A stretch of 64,000 bases of DNA, from NCBI GenBank assembly GCA_043803085.1, contig JAZDKM010000001.1, forward strand, positions 269 through 64,268, given 5' to 3'. The notes under the pieces were generated by a model. It did not search any database, was not told the DNA's origin, and saw nothing but the letters and a program-made list of their open reading frames with translations. Below are positions 52,357 to 61,968 of the stretch, one piece after another; the stretch's first letter is position 1; every line of letters starts with the position of its first letter. Made by a program: the position numbers and the translations under genes. Origin of the DNA: Planctomycetota bacterium (GTDB taxonomy: Bacteria; Planctomycetota; Phycisphaerae; UBA1845).

Positions 52357-54236
52357 ACTCCCTCACACTGGCCGACATCAGTGCCGCCTTTACCGGCGTG
52401 GATTGGCTGATTGTCGTGGCCTACCTGGCCCTGACCACCTGGCTCGGCGCCAGAATGAGCGGGCGGCAGGCGACCATCCGCGACTTCTTTCTGGGCGGGC
52501 GAAGACTTCCCTGGTACGCCGTCAGCGGGTCCCTCATCGCCACCGAAATCAGCGCCCTGACCTTCGTCGGGGTCCCGTATGTGGTCTTCAAGCCGGAAGG
52601 GAACTTCACTTATCTCCAGCTCGGGGTATTCGGGTCGCTGCTCGCCCGCGTCATCGTCGGTTACGTTCTGATGCCGGCCTACTACCAGCGCGAGATCTAC
52701 AGCCCGTATGACTACATGGGGCACCAGTTGGGCCCGCGGGTGCGGACCATGACCAGTGCCTTGTTCGTGCTGGGCGGGATGCTGGCCCAGTCCGCCCGCG
52801 TCTACCTGACGGCTCAAGTGATGATTGTCCTCCTTCACCGCCAACTGTACTGGCTGGTGGAGCGCTTCGGGCTTGATGAACTGGCCTGGGCCATCATCCT
52901 GATCGGGGTCGTCGCCGTGGGATGGACTCTGATCGGCGGTATCACCACGGTGATCTGGAGCAACGTCATTCTCTTCGGGATTTTTTTGGTCGGGGCCCTG
53001 GCGGCGTTGGGCACCGTGGCCGGGGCCCTTGGCGGCGGGTTCGGCGAACTGCTCGGCGCGGCGTGGACCGCCAAGGAATCGGGCCCCTGGGGTAAGTTCA
53101 CGTTTTTCGACTTCGACCCCAGTCCTCTGAAACTGTACACCATCTGGACGGCGGTTATCGCCAGCACCTGGGGCGGGCTTGGGGCCTACGGTACCGATCA
53201 GTTGCTGGTGCAGAGCATGTTCTGCTGCCGCGACCCGCGGCAGGCCCGACGGGCGATCCTTGGAAGCATCTTCGGGCAAGTGGTTACCGTAATCGTCATG
53301 CTGGTCGGCGCCGGGCTGTTTGTCTACTACCAGGCTCACCCGCTTACCGGTGAAGCCCTGGAAATCTACCAAAAGAAGGGCGATCGCATCTTCCCCATCT
53401 TCATCATGCAAGTTGTTCCGGTGGGTCTTAAGGGCCTGATCATCGCCGCCATTATGGCGGCAGCCATTTCGACGGTGATGGGGATCCTGACGGCGCTGAG
53501 CCAGACGGTCCTAGTGGCTTTCTACCTGCCCCTAAGGCAATGGTATCGGCAACGGAAGGGACCGCCCGGCGCCGGTCCCTCGGACCCGCCCGCCGGCCTG
53601 GAGGACCGCCGTTCGGTCATCGTCAGCCGACTGCTGGTCTTGCTGTGGGGCGCGGCGCTGTGCGCCATGGCCTACCTGACCGATACGATCTCGCACAAGT
53701 ACCCTTCGATCCTCGACCTGGGTCTGGCCATGGCCGGATATGCCGGCGGGGCCTTGCTCGCCGGCTTTGCCCTGGCGTTTCTCCCGCTGGGCATCGACGG
53801 GCGGGGATACATGTGGTCGGCCCCGCTCTCGGTCTTCTACGTCTTTGCCCTGATTTGGCACCGGCCGTGGACCCATGCGGTCTGTTGGATCTTTGCCGGA
53901 CTGCTGCTCATCGGTTGGCTCGGCCGGCTCATGTACGAGCGCAGGCGGGACTACGATCAGCCGCCTTTGGTGCTCCCGGCGTGGGCCCAAACGCTGGTCC
54001 TGGCCGCTGGTCTGGGCGGGATGTTGCTGATCAACTATTACGGCTACTGGTCGGGCCCGCCCGACGCCAACGGCCACCCCACGCACCTGACCGTGGCGTG
54101 GCCCTGGTACTCCCCGCTGGGCAGCACGGTGGCCTTTGCCCTGGGATATCTGTTGGGCCGATACCAACCTGGCGTTCGTCCGCAACCCGTCGGGCGGCAT
54201 AGCTTCCAGGGGAGAACCATGTCCGCTATTAGATAG
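52353..54236 (+). CDS. sodium:solute symporter family (SSF/SLC5-like) transporter
   Basis: ATGA overlap with murQ. 627 aa with many hydrophobic segments. SSF-like N-terminal region FFLGGRRLPWYAVSGSLIATEISALTFVGVP. Confidence 0.85.
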   Translation: MNSLTLADISAAFTGVDWLIVVAYLALTTWLGARMSGRQATIRDFFLGGRRLPWYAVSGSLIATEISALTFVGVPYVVFKPEGNFTYLQLGVFGSLLARVIVGYVLMPAYYQREIYSPYDYMGHQLGPRVRTMTSALFVLGGMLAQSARVYLTAQVMIVLLHRQLYWLVERFGLDELAWAIILIGVVAVGWTLIGGITTVIWSNVILFGIFLVGALAALGTVAGALGGGFGELLGAAWTAKESGPWGKFTFFDFDPSPLKLYTIWTAVIASTWGGLGAYGTDQLLVQSMFCCRDPRQARRAILGSIFGQVVTVIVMLVGAGLFVYYQAHPLTGEALEIYQKKGDRIFPIFIMQVVPVGLKGLIIAAIMAAAISTVMGILTALSQTVLVAFYLPLRQWYRQRKGPPGAGPSDPPAGLEDRRSVIVSRLLVLLWGAALCAMAYLTDTISHKYPSILDLGLAMAGYAGGALLAGFALAFLPLGIDGRGYMWSAPLSVFYVFALIWHRPWTHAVCWIFAGLLLIGWLGRLMYERRRDYDQPPLVLPAWAQTLVLAAGLGGMLLINYYGYWSGPPDANGHPTHLTVAWPWYSPLGSTVAFALGYLLGRYQPGVRPQPVGRHSFQGRTMSAIR

Positions 54237-54246
54237 GAGAGCTTCC

Positions 54247-55488
54247 ATGACCTGCAACGGACTTAGCATAACAGGCAACGGACAAGGTAGGCTGGTCGCG
54301 ACTTGCGCCGCGGTCATGCTGCTCCTATCTGGGTGCCATCCGTGTGCCAAGCGCCTCGGCCCGGTGCACGCCATCTGGGTGACCCGCTTCGACTACAAGA
54401 CGGCCGACGACGTGGTCCGCATCATCGACCAATGTGCCGACGCCGGATTCAATAGCGTTTTATTCCAGGTGCGCGGCAACGCCACCGCCCTCTACGCCTC
54501 GCCCCATGAACCCTGGGCCGAAGAATTGGGCGGCGCGTACCCCGGTTTTGATCCGCTCGCTCTGGCCTGTCGGCGGGCGCACCAACGCCACGTGCGGCTG
54601 CATGCCTGGGTGAACGTCTTGCCCGCCTGGAGGGGGAAGCAGCCGCCGGAACATCCCGAGCAGCTCTATCACCAGCATCCCGAGTGGTTCTGGTACGACC
54701 AGCACGGTCAGCGGCAGCCTTTGACGAGCTTTTATGTAAGCCTTAATCCTTGTCTTCCCGAGGTCCGTGCATATCTGGTGGAAGTATTCCGTGACCTGGT
54801 ATCCCGCTATGACGTGGACGGTCTGCACATGGATTACATCCGTTTTCCGAACGAGCCTCCGGCTACGCCCCCAGGCTCCGGCCTGGACTATCCCCGCGAT
54901 CCGCGGACGCTGGAGTTGTTCGCCAAGGAGACTGGCTTGAAGCCCGACGAGGACCCGCCGGCCTGGGACCGTTGGCGCACGGAGCAAGTCACCCGGCTGG
55001 TGGCCGACATCCATGACATGATCCGCCGCACTAAACCCGCTGCGGTCCTCTCGGCCGCGGTCGGGGCAGTGCGGGCGAATGCCTTGACCCATTTCCAGGA
55101 CGCCCAGCGCTGGACGGCCAACGGCATTATCGATGTGGTTTACCTGATGAACTACACGGACAACCCCGAGCTCTTCGAACAGAGGCTGGAACCCTGGCTG
55201 GAGGACCCCCACGGAGTAGGGGTGGTGCCCGGGCTCTGGTTTGGCTCCACCGATAATCGTTCCGCGGCGGAAGGCCTCCCGGCGGTCCGAAGGCAAATCG
55301 AAATCGCCCACGAAAAAACCGGCAGCTTCTGCGTCTTCGCCTATTCGTCGCTGTTCGATTCGCCCGGTGAGCGCGGGAAGGTTGAAGACGAGGCCCAACA
55401 CCACGTACGCGAGTTGCGGCGGAGGGAGTTGATCCCCTTTATTCGGTCCCTTGGTGGTGCCGGACCGGCCCTGCGGGTGGCCAAGTGA
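54247..55488 (+). CDS. GHL10-family lipoprotein
   Basis: Lipobox LLLSGC. HAIWVTRFDYKTADDVVRIIDQCADAGFNSVLFQVRGNATALYAS...RLHAWVN core. Confidence 0.85.
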   Translation: MTCNGLSITGNGQGRLVATCAAVMLLLSGCHPCAKRLGPVHAIWVTRFDYKTADDVVRIIDQCADAGFNSVLFQVRGNATALYASPHEPWAEELGGAYPGFDPLALACRRAHQRHVRLHAWVNVLPAWRGKQPPEHPEQLYHQHPEWFWYDQHGQRQPLTSFYVSLNPCLPEVRAYLVEVFRDLVSRYDVDGLHMDYIRFPNEPPATPPGSGLDYPRDPRTLELFAKETGLKPDEDPPAWDRWRTEQVTRLVADIHDMIRRTKPAAVLSAAVGAVRANALTHFQDAQRWTANGIIDVVYLMNYTDNPELFEQRLEPWLEDPHGVGVVPGLWFGSTDNRSAAEGLPAVRRQIEIAHEKTGSFCVFAYSSLFDSPGERGKVEDEAQHHVRELRRRELIPFIRSLGGAGPALRVAK

Positions 55489-55717
55489 GCGTGCTCCCGC
55501 CGGTCGGGCCCATCGGGGCGACGCGCAAGTCCACCGCCGGAACCGGCATACCCAGCGCAGAGCCTTGTATCACGCCCCCTGTACGGGTACACTGGAAGCG
55601 GCCCTGCCTCGGGAGCAAAGGGTTACCCTCGGCGGAAAGGAGACCTTTTGAGACCGCGGTGTAGGATGCACGTGGCGGAAATCGGTTAGCAGTCCGGACT
55701 CCGCGAGGGGGTGAAGG

Positions 55718-58700
55718 ATGGCATCGCGCAACATTATCCATGTAGCAGCTTTTGTTCTCGGCACAGTGGGGTTGGCCAATCCCGGCGGCGGGCAGGAAGG
55801 CGCAGACCAGGCCGACAGCGAACATCAGGCCCCGGTCTACCATGGTAGGGCAATGGCCGTTGGCGACCCTGATGCCGCCGAAGCCATCCAGCACGTGCTC
55901 GCCCAGGCGGCCTGGGTCGCCACGGAAGACGGGCAACCCCTGATCCCTGCCGGAACCACGGTCGACCGTGTCGAGTGGGACGCCCATGTGGTCCTTATCG
56001 ACCTCACCTTACCCGACGGTTGGGCAGGGTGGCGGCTTTCCCTGGGAGAAATGGAGGCCCTTGCCCAAGCCCTCGGTTATCCCTTTATGGGCGACCCCGC
56101 GTTCGGCGGAACGGTAGTGCGCGTTCGGGTGGGACCAGACCAACGCTATGGCGCCTTGGAGGATTTCGTGGTGCCCTCCTGGCCCTCGCCGCGGATTGAG
56201 GCGGAACCCGCAGAAATCCCGACACCCCGCCCCACCACACCAGCCGACCCGACGCCGCCCGACACAGCGCTGCGCGGACCCGTCACCCAGGCCCTCCGCC
56301 AACCGACCGGTGCTCTCTCGGGCGTGACCGTGTTTGCCTCCTGCGGTCACGGCTGGACCGCGGGAACCAGCACGTGGCTCCTCCAGCGCCCGGTGGTGTG
56401 GGTCATGAATGAGGACTACGCCAACCTCGACCAGCTCAATTACTTCGTGCACTACGCCTTCAACGCCGGGGCCACCGTGGTCCCCTTCCGACCGGTCGGA
56501 TGGCAAGAACTCGAGATCGTCTTGGACAACGATGATCCCGGGGTGACCTTTACCGGCACGTGGAACGACGGGAGCAGCAGCAAGTATTATGAGAACGCGG
56601 TGACACCCTCGGGAATCGTCTACAAATGGACCTCGTCCAATACGACGGAGACGGCCACCGCCCGCTATACCCCCGAGATCACCGTGCCCGACTTTTATCC
56701 GGTCTACGCCTTTACCATCGCCGCCGCCAACCGCACCCTTCAGACCTACCGCATCGGGCATGGCGGCGGGATCAGCGAAGTGAGCGCCGACCACCGCCTG
56801 GTCGGCAACGGTTGGATTTTCCTGGGCGAGTATTACCTTCAGGCCGGCGGCGACAACTACGTGGAGATCACCAATGCCTCCCCACAGGCCGGAGCAATCA
56901 TTGCCGATGCGATCCGGTGGGGTAATGGGATGGGCGACATCGTTCGGCCCGGGCCCGGAACCGTCAGCGGATACCCCCGCGAGGAGGAGTGCCAGCGCTA
57001 CTGGGCCCACAGCGAACTGGGCAATAACGCCGTCGGTTTCACCGCCACGGAAATCTGGGACTCCGCCGGCTCCGACCAGGACGATAATATCTCCACCGGG
57101 GCCCGCTGGGCCCGGGAGATGAACCAGACCGACTACAACAACGAGCGCTGGCGGCGGGTGCACCTGGAGTTCCACACCAACGCCTTCGACGGCTCCGCCC
57201 GCGGTTGCGTCGCCCTGGTCCACAGCTCCTCGCCCACCACCTACCAGACCCAGTACGCGACCTTCATGGCCAACGAGATCGACGCGGACATGCTCCTTCT
57301 GGACAGCGAGTTCGAGCATGACTGGTATGACCGGGCCAGCCCGACCTTAAGCGGGTCCTATGGGGCGATCAGCACGACGGCCAACGGCAACGAGTTCGAC
57401 GCCACCATCATCGAGCTGGCTTTCCACGACAACCAGTTGGACGCCGAACTGCTGCGCGACGACCGGGTGCGGGCGGCGCTGGCCCGCAGTTCGGTGCAGG
57501 GTATCGTCCGGTTCCTGAATAGTCTGTCGGGCAACCAGGTTCCGCTCGCTTTCGCCCCGGACACCCCGCGGAACGTCCGCGTGGAAGACGCGGGCAACGG
57601 GGACGTGGTTCTGTCATGGGCCGCCCCGCTCAGCGACGGGGCCCGCGGCGACCCCGCCACGGGGTACGTGATTTACCAATCCGGGGACGGCTACGGGTTC
57701 GGCGACCCGATCACGCTGGGCGGCGTGCTGACCGCGACGATCTCCGGCGTACCGGTAGGCACTACACGGTATTTCCGCATCGCCGCGACCAATGCCGGCG
57801 GAGAATCGATGCCCTCCGAGGTCCTCACCGTGCGCCGACCGGATCAGGGCACGGCCACCGTCCTGCTGGTCAATGGGTTCGATCGGCTCCGGCGTCAGCA
57901 GAATCCCACCGCCTGGGTCGGCAGCACCATCGAGCGGCAAATCTGGCGGCGGAGCAACTCCTACGACTATGTCGATCAGCACGCCGAGGCCCTGGCTTCC
58001 GCCGGGGTGGGCTTCGCCTCCTGCGCCAACGAGGCGGTGATCGACGGTCAGGTGGTCCTGGACGACTACGCCATCGTGGTGTGGATCTGCGGCGAGGAGA
58101 GCACCGAGGACGCCACGTTCACCAGCACCGAGCAAACGCTGGTGACCACGTTCCTGAACAACGGCGGAGCCTTGTTCGTCTCCGGGGCCGAAATCGCCTA
58201 CGACCTGGACGACCAGAACCACGGTCGGACATTCTATGAAGGTACCCTCAAAGCCAATTTCGTGAGCCACGACGCCGGCACCTACAGCGCCAGCGGGACC
58301 GCCGGCGGAATCTTCAGCGATATCGGCCCGTTTGATTTCAATCCGGCCGGCGGCGCGCCCTATGATGTGGAGACCCCCGATCAAATCAGCCCGCAGACGG
58401 GTGCCGCAGCCTGCCTGACGTATGTGGGCGGCAGCGGGGGAGCGGCCGGCGTGCAGTACGACACCTGTGTCTACCGGACGGTCACCTTCGCCTTCCCCTT
58501 CGAGACCATCACCTCGGCCAGCCAGCGGGCTGCCATCATGGAACGGGTGATCGGTTATCTGGAGGCGACGAGCGGCCCCATACCCTTCGACTGGGACGAA
58601 GACTGTGTCCTCGAGCTTAGTCCCGACTATGCGTCGTTCGCGTTCTGCCTGAAAGGTCCGACCAGCCCCTATACCCCCGGGCACGCATGTCTGGTCCACG

Positions 58701-58777
58701 ACGCTAACAGTGACATGCGAGTGGACTTGGCGGATTTCGCCCTCTTCCAGCAAGCCTTTGCCGCCGGCGGACCTTAG
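55718..58777 (+). CDS. large secreted protein: split MurNAc-L-Ala-amidase-like domain with inserted golvesin-C-like module, FN3-like domain, dockerin-like C-terminus
   Basis: CGHGWTAG..., HLEFHTNAF and ELAFHDN amidase_3-like blocks. LDNDDPGVTFTGTW...ADAIRW module. NVRVEDAGNGDVVLSWAAP FN3-like segment. C-terminal DANSDMRVDLADFALFQQAF. Confidence 0.75.
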   Translation: MASRNIIHVAAFVLGTVGLANPGGGQEGADQADSEHQAPVYHGRAMAVGDPDAAEAIQHVLAQAAWVATEDGQPLIPAGTTVDRVEWDAHVVLIDLTLPDGWAGWRLSLGEMEALAQALGYPFMGDPAFGGTVVRVRVGPDQRYGALEDFVVPSWPSPRIEAEPAEIPTPRPTTPADPTPPDTALRGPVTQALRQPTGALSGVTVFASCGHGWTAGTSTWLLQRPVVWVMNEDYANLDQLNYFVHYAFNAGATVVPFRPVGWQELEIVLDNDDPGVTFTGTWNDGSSSKYYENAVTPSGIVYKWTSSNTTETATARYTPEITVPDFYPVYAFTIAAANRTLQTYRIGHGGGISEVSADHRLVGNGWIFLGEYYLQAGGDNYVEITNASPQAGAIIADAIRWGNGMGDIVRPGPGTVSGYPREEECQRYWAHSELGNNAVGFTATEIWDSAGSDQDDNISTGARWAREMNQTDYNNERWRRVHLEFHTNAFDGSARGCVALVHSSSPTTYQTQYATFMANEIDADMLLLDSEFEHDWYDRASPTLSGSYGAISTTANGNEFDATIIELAFHDNQLDAELLRDDRVRAALARSSVQGIVRFLNSLSGNQVPLAFAPDTPRNVRVEDAGNGDVVLSWAAPLSDGARGDPATGYVIYQSGDGYGFGDPITLGGVLTATISGVPVGTTRYFRIAATNAGGESMPSEVLTVRRPDQGTATVLLVNGFDRLRRQQNPTAWVGSTIERQIWRRSNSYDYVDQHAEALASAGVGFASCANEAVIDGQVVLDDYAIVVWICGEESTEDATFTSTEQTLVTTFLNNGGALFVSGAEIAYDLDDQNHGRTFYEGTLKANFVSHDAGTYSASGTAGGIFSDIGPFDFNPAGGAPYDVETPDQISPQTGAAACLTYVGGSGGAAGVQYDTCVYRTVTFAFPFETITSASQRAAIMERVIGYLEATSGPIPFDWDEDCVLELSPDYASFAFCLKGPTSPYTPGHACLVHDANSDMRVDLADFALFQQAFAAGGP

Positions 58778-59289
58778 CCCACAGCTCCTCTGCACGCAAC
58801 GGTATAAGTGCCGTTCTTGAATGAAGATCGGCATGGAAAGGGCAGGGTGGAGCCGCCTACCTAGTTAGGGGAACCCGGAGCAGGTCAAAGGCACGCTGTT
58901 GGAGCGGGGTCAGCTGGGCCGGCATCGGCTCACTCCGCGCGATCTTTGGGTCGCGGTAGGGACCGCTCTTTCGGGCGGCCCCCCGCACAGATCCGTACGT
59001 GCAGCTTTCCCGCATACGGCCCCTACCTTGGGTGTTTGGCGTCGAAGCGATCGTTGGGATACGGGGTAAGCGCCAGAGCAACCGCATGTCAGTCCTGAAT
59101 AGGCGGCAGGCCGGGTGACAGGTCTGGGGGGTAGACATGGGAGGCGCGCATCAGGCTGCGGCTGGCGTCTCCGCCGCCGAGGCGGGACCGAAGCATTTCT
59201 TCCACTCGCGCGGGATCAGTTCGTGCACGCGCTCGGCCACGCACTTCCACCCAGCACGAGTGTACTGACCCAGTTCCGGCCAGCCATCC

Positions 59290-59574
59290 TCACCTCCACC
59301 CCCGCCGCGCCGGCGGGAACGACGCCTTGCCCGCGATCCCCTCCGTCGGTTTCCGCCAGCCCGCGCCGTCGTCCGGCCGTCCCTCCCCGAACTCCTTCAT
59401 CAGAATCCCCACCACCGCGTCTTCGAGCAGGTAGTACTCCGTGCCGTACAGGCACGCCTCCTCCTCCCCGCCTTCGCGGTCAGCCGACGGGATCATAATC
59501 CCCTTCTCAGCGAGCAACTCCTCGAACTCATCGACGATGCGGATGGCGATCTCGCGCGGTCGCTCCTGGTTCAT
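59290..59574 (-). CDS. small acidic hypothetical protein (94 codons; the C-terminal third is doubtful)
   Basis: The first 60 or so residues (IVDEFEELLAEKGIMIPSADREGGEEEACLYGTEYYLLEDAVVGIL) look protein-like. The start lies 4 nt after the stop of the upstream microprotein. Confidence 0.45.
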   Translation of the reverse strand: MNQERPREIAIRIVDEFEELLAEKGIMIPSADREGGEEEACLYGTEYYLLEDAVVGILMKEFGEGRPDDGAGWRKPTEGIAGKASFPPARRGWR

Positions 59575-59578
59575 CGGC

Positions 59579-59704
59579 TCACCACTCCACGATGAGATTC
59601 GGGCAGCAGCACGCGCAATCCCAGACTGCTTGCCGGACTGTCGGACTCTCGCGAATCAGCTCCGCCAGCGCCTTCGCCAACTCTTCCTTTTTCTGTAGAT
59701 TCAT
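59579..59704 (-). CDS. 41-aa Cys-rich microprotein MNLQKKEELAKALAELIRESPTVRQAVWDCACCCPNLIVEW
   Basis: ATG with GGAGG 8 nt upstream. The longer 98-aa ORF version has a Pro/Ala/Arg-rich, non-coding-looking N-terminus. Confidence 0.35.
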   Translation of the reverse strand: MNLQKKEELAKALAELIRESPTVRQAVWDCACCCPNLIVEW

Positions 59705-59713
59705 GTTCGGCAC

Positions 59714-59749
59714 CTCCGAGCACCGCTTGAAAAAAGGCGGTGCTCGGAG
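59714..59749 (-). promoter_or_regulatory. perfect 13-bp stem hairpin sequestering the RBS of the microprotein gene
   Basis: ctccgagcaccgc (10-nt loop) gcggtgctcggag. The 3' arm on the mRNA strand contains 4 of the 5 nt of GGAGG. No U-tract follows. Confidence 0.5.
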
Positions 59750-59890
59750 TATTGCCACCAATTGACTTGCAGGCATGGTGCTGGCTGGTGTTGGCCGCGG
59801 TGCGGAATTCGGCGGCTCAGCATGCCGTTCCGCTGCCGGGGCCACGTGGCGAGGGGATGTCGTGCTGCACTCCAACGCTGGAAAGGTGAT

Positions 59891-61024
59891 TCAGGGGGCT
59901 GTTTCGTCGTTCACGCCTGCTTCTGGGGCGGCGTCGACGGTCGTTGCCTGGTACAGGGGGATGACACAACGGAACCCCCAGCAAGGGCTCGAATCGTCCG
60001 GTCTGCCCGCGAAACGAAATGCCACGTGAAGCAGCCCGGCGTCGTCCTCCGCCCACCGTCCCCAGGACCCTCCGCGTAGGACCTTCTCATCGCCTGCCTT
60101 GGGGCCCGGCGGCTCCCGCATTAGAGATTCAGCGTAGTAGGTCGGCGAATACCAATCCAGACACCACTCGTACACGTTGCCGGCCATGTCATAGAGCCCA
60201 AACGGATTCGGCGCGAAGGCGCCCACCTGCGTCGTCGCTCCGATGTGCCCGTGAAAATTGGCACGGTTGGCGTCCGGGAGTTCGTCTCCCCAAGGGAATC
60301 TGCAATTCCGGCCGCCACGGGCCGCCCGCTCCCACTGCGCTTCTGTGGGCAAGGTGGCTCCCACGCATTTGGCATAAGCCCAGGCGTCGTACCAATTCAC
60401 ATTGGTTACTGGGTGCCCCGGGCTGAACGCCCACGGCACTCCGTGCCCATTCGCCACATCCACGGTGTCATAGCGCGGCTGGGTAACGAGGCAGACATCT
60501 ACGTAGTACGGGTGCAGGATGACCCGATGCTGCTGTCCGGCCCCGGCATCCTCCATGCCGACGTTGAAGCGAGCCGCGTTGCACCGGACCCACTGATAAT
60601 CCTCTGGCGAACAGCCCATCAAGAAGCTTCCCCCGGGAATCAGCACCATCGGGGCGCCATCGCAGATGCGAACGACATGGACTGGCAGCCCGGTGAGCAA
60701 GTCCCATGGCACGCCGTCGGGGCCGACCCTGCACTTGGGGCCCGACCGCCACCACACGGGTAACTCACCCGCAGCGGGCTTCACGCCGCGCCCGTCGCAC
60801 CAGCGCCACCCGGCGGAGTTTATGCCGTATCGCGCCGCGCACAACAGGAGCCAATCCTCCTCTGCGGAGATCGGATCGTTGAGCGCACCCAGCAGACCGG
60901 GGGGCGACTGCAGGGCCCAGACCACTCGGCGCCTTCGAGTCGTCGATCGACAAGCGGACCGACCCGTCATCGAGGGGCACTGCTGGAGCCGGGCCCGCCT
61001 GCGCCATCGATCCCAGAAGCTCAC
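59891..61024 (-). CDS. FGE-sulfatase (SUMF1/EgtB/PvdO-type) domain protein
   Basis: MVLIPGGSFLMG, NVNWYDAWAYAK, LPTEAQWERAARGG, GLYDMAGNVYEWCLDWY and VLRGGSW motifs. The GTG at 61024 overlaps the upstream stop (GTGA). Alternative ATG at 60970. Confidence 0.8.
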   Translation of the reverse strand: MSFWDRWRRRARLQQCPSMTGRSACRSTTRRRRVVWALQSPPGLLGALNDPISAEEDWLLLCAARYGINSAGWRWCDGRGVKPAAGELPVWWRSGPKCRVGPDGVPWDLLTGLPVHVVRICDGAPMVLIPGGSFLMGCSPEDYQWVRCNAARFNVGMEDAGAGQQHRVILHPYYVDVCLVTQPRYDTVDVANGHGVPWAFSPGHPVTNVNWYDAWAYAKCVGATLPTEAQWERAARGGRNCRFPWGDELPDANRANFHGHIGATTQVGAFAPNPFGLYDMAGNVYEWCLDWYSPTYYAESLMREPPGPKAGDEKVLRGGSWGRWAEDDAGLLHVAFRFAGRPDDSSPCWGFRCVIPLYQATTVDAAPEAGVNDETAP

Positions 61025-61968
61025 GGTCGATCCTTCATTAGCAAGGCGATGCGCGCCTGCGATTCGGGAGACAGGGCGGCCACCTGCGCTCGCAGACCAC
61101 CCAGTTCCGTCTCCTGCTCTTGGATATCCGACCTCGCCGCCGCGGCCATCTCGGCGAACAGATCCCGGCCCTGCTGCTCGGCATCCCGCCGGCGGCGCTT
61201 GAGCACCGCCAGATCGCTGTTCCACAAAGCGTCGATCTGCTGCTCCAGTTCAATAACGCGCTTCTCCAAGCGCTCGACCCGTGAGTGCAGCCAGTTGCGA
61301 TACTCGTCCGGCTCCACGAAGACCGTCTTGATGACGTCGCTGGCTTGCTCGGCGACCAGTTCCAGCCCTTCCAGGTCGCGGGCGCGGTAGAGGTCCCCGA
61401 TCCGGGCCATCAGGCGCTCACACTCCTGCTTGGCACGGGGCTCCCGCTGGAGGTCGGGATGGAACCGAATCGCCAGTTTGCGGTACAGGCGACGGAGTAG
61501 CCGCTGATCGTCCGGGGAGACCTCACGGGCTCGCTCAGCCTCCGCGACCAGCTTTGCGTCGGTCTGGACCTCTTCTTCAAGGCGGCTCACGTTGTCCGCC
61601 AGCGACCGGGTCCGGGTCGCCACCCACTCGAGCAGTTCCTCCGGCGGCAACTCCGGGACTTGGGCCACGATGTCCAGCGCGGTGCGCAAGCGCTCCACCC
61701 GCAGCCGGGCGCGCTCCAGTTCCACATAGAGCGTACCCAGGGCCTGATGGTAGGCGACCCGAAACTGGGTCAGTTCGGCGGTCAGGTCCTCGTAGTCGCG
61801 CGAGAGGCATGCACAGCGGTCGCGGAGGATTTCCAAGCGGTGCTGGAGTTCGCCTTCGACCGCCTCGGCCGAACTCTCCACCGGCCAATGCCCGGAAAGC
61901 TCCTCGGGATCCAGGTCATCACGGTCATCGTACAACTCGTTCATGGGCACACCTCCTCCGGTTTTCAT
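61021..61968 (-). CDS. J-domain (DnaJ-like) coiled-coil protein
   Basis: LLRRLYRKLAIRFHPDLQ with the HPD tripeptide, flanked by long heptad-like charged helices. The ATG at 61968 overlaps the Kelch stop (ATGA). Alternative ATG at 61944 with GGAGGAGG 7 nt upstream. Confidence 0.75.
   Translation of the reverse strand: MKTGGGVPMNELYDDRDDLDPEELSGHWPVESSAEAVEGELQHRLEILRDRCACLSRDYEDLTAELTQFRVAYHQALGTLYVELERARLRVERLRTALDIVAQVPELPPEELLEWVATRTRSLADNVSRLEEEVQTDAKLVAEAERAREVSPDDQRLLRRLYRKLAIRFHPDLQREPRAKQECERLMARIGDLYRARDLEGLELVAEQASDVIKTVFVEPDEYRNWLHSRVERLEKRVIELEQQIDALWNSDLAVLKRRRRDAEQQGRDLFAEMAAAARSDIQEQETELGGLRAQVAALSPESQARIALLMKDRP

Noticed and set aside
58857-59138. 93-aa minus ORF containing ...RMRESCTYGSVRGAARKSGPYRD...
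   Set aside because: The composition is not convincingly coding and I know of no family match. The RESCTYGSVRG-type string reminds me of short conserved fragments seen near mobile elements in other genomes. I cannot name the element, and no transposase or reverse transcriptase is adjacent.
59151-59300. Alternative minus-strand frame DGWPELGQYTRAGWKCVAERVHELIPREWKKCFGPASAAETPAAA downstream of the 94-aa gene
   Set aside because: It looks protein-like (third-position GC about 76%) and could continue the 94-aa gene through a frameshift near the G-run at about 59296. It has no start codon of its own and I cannot support it without homologues.
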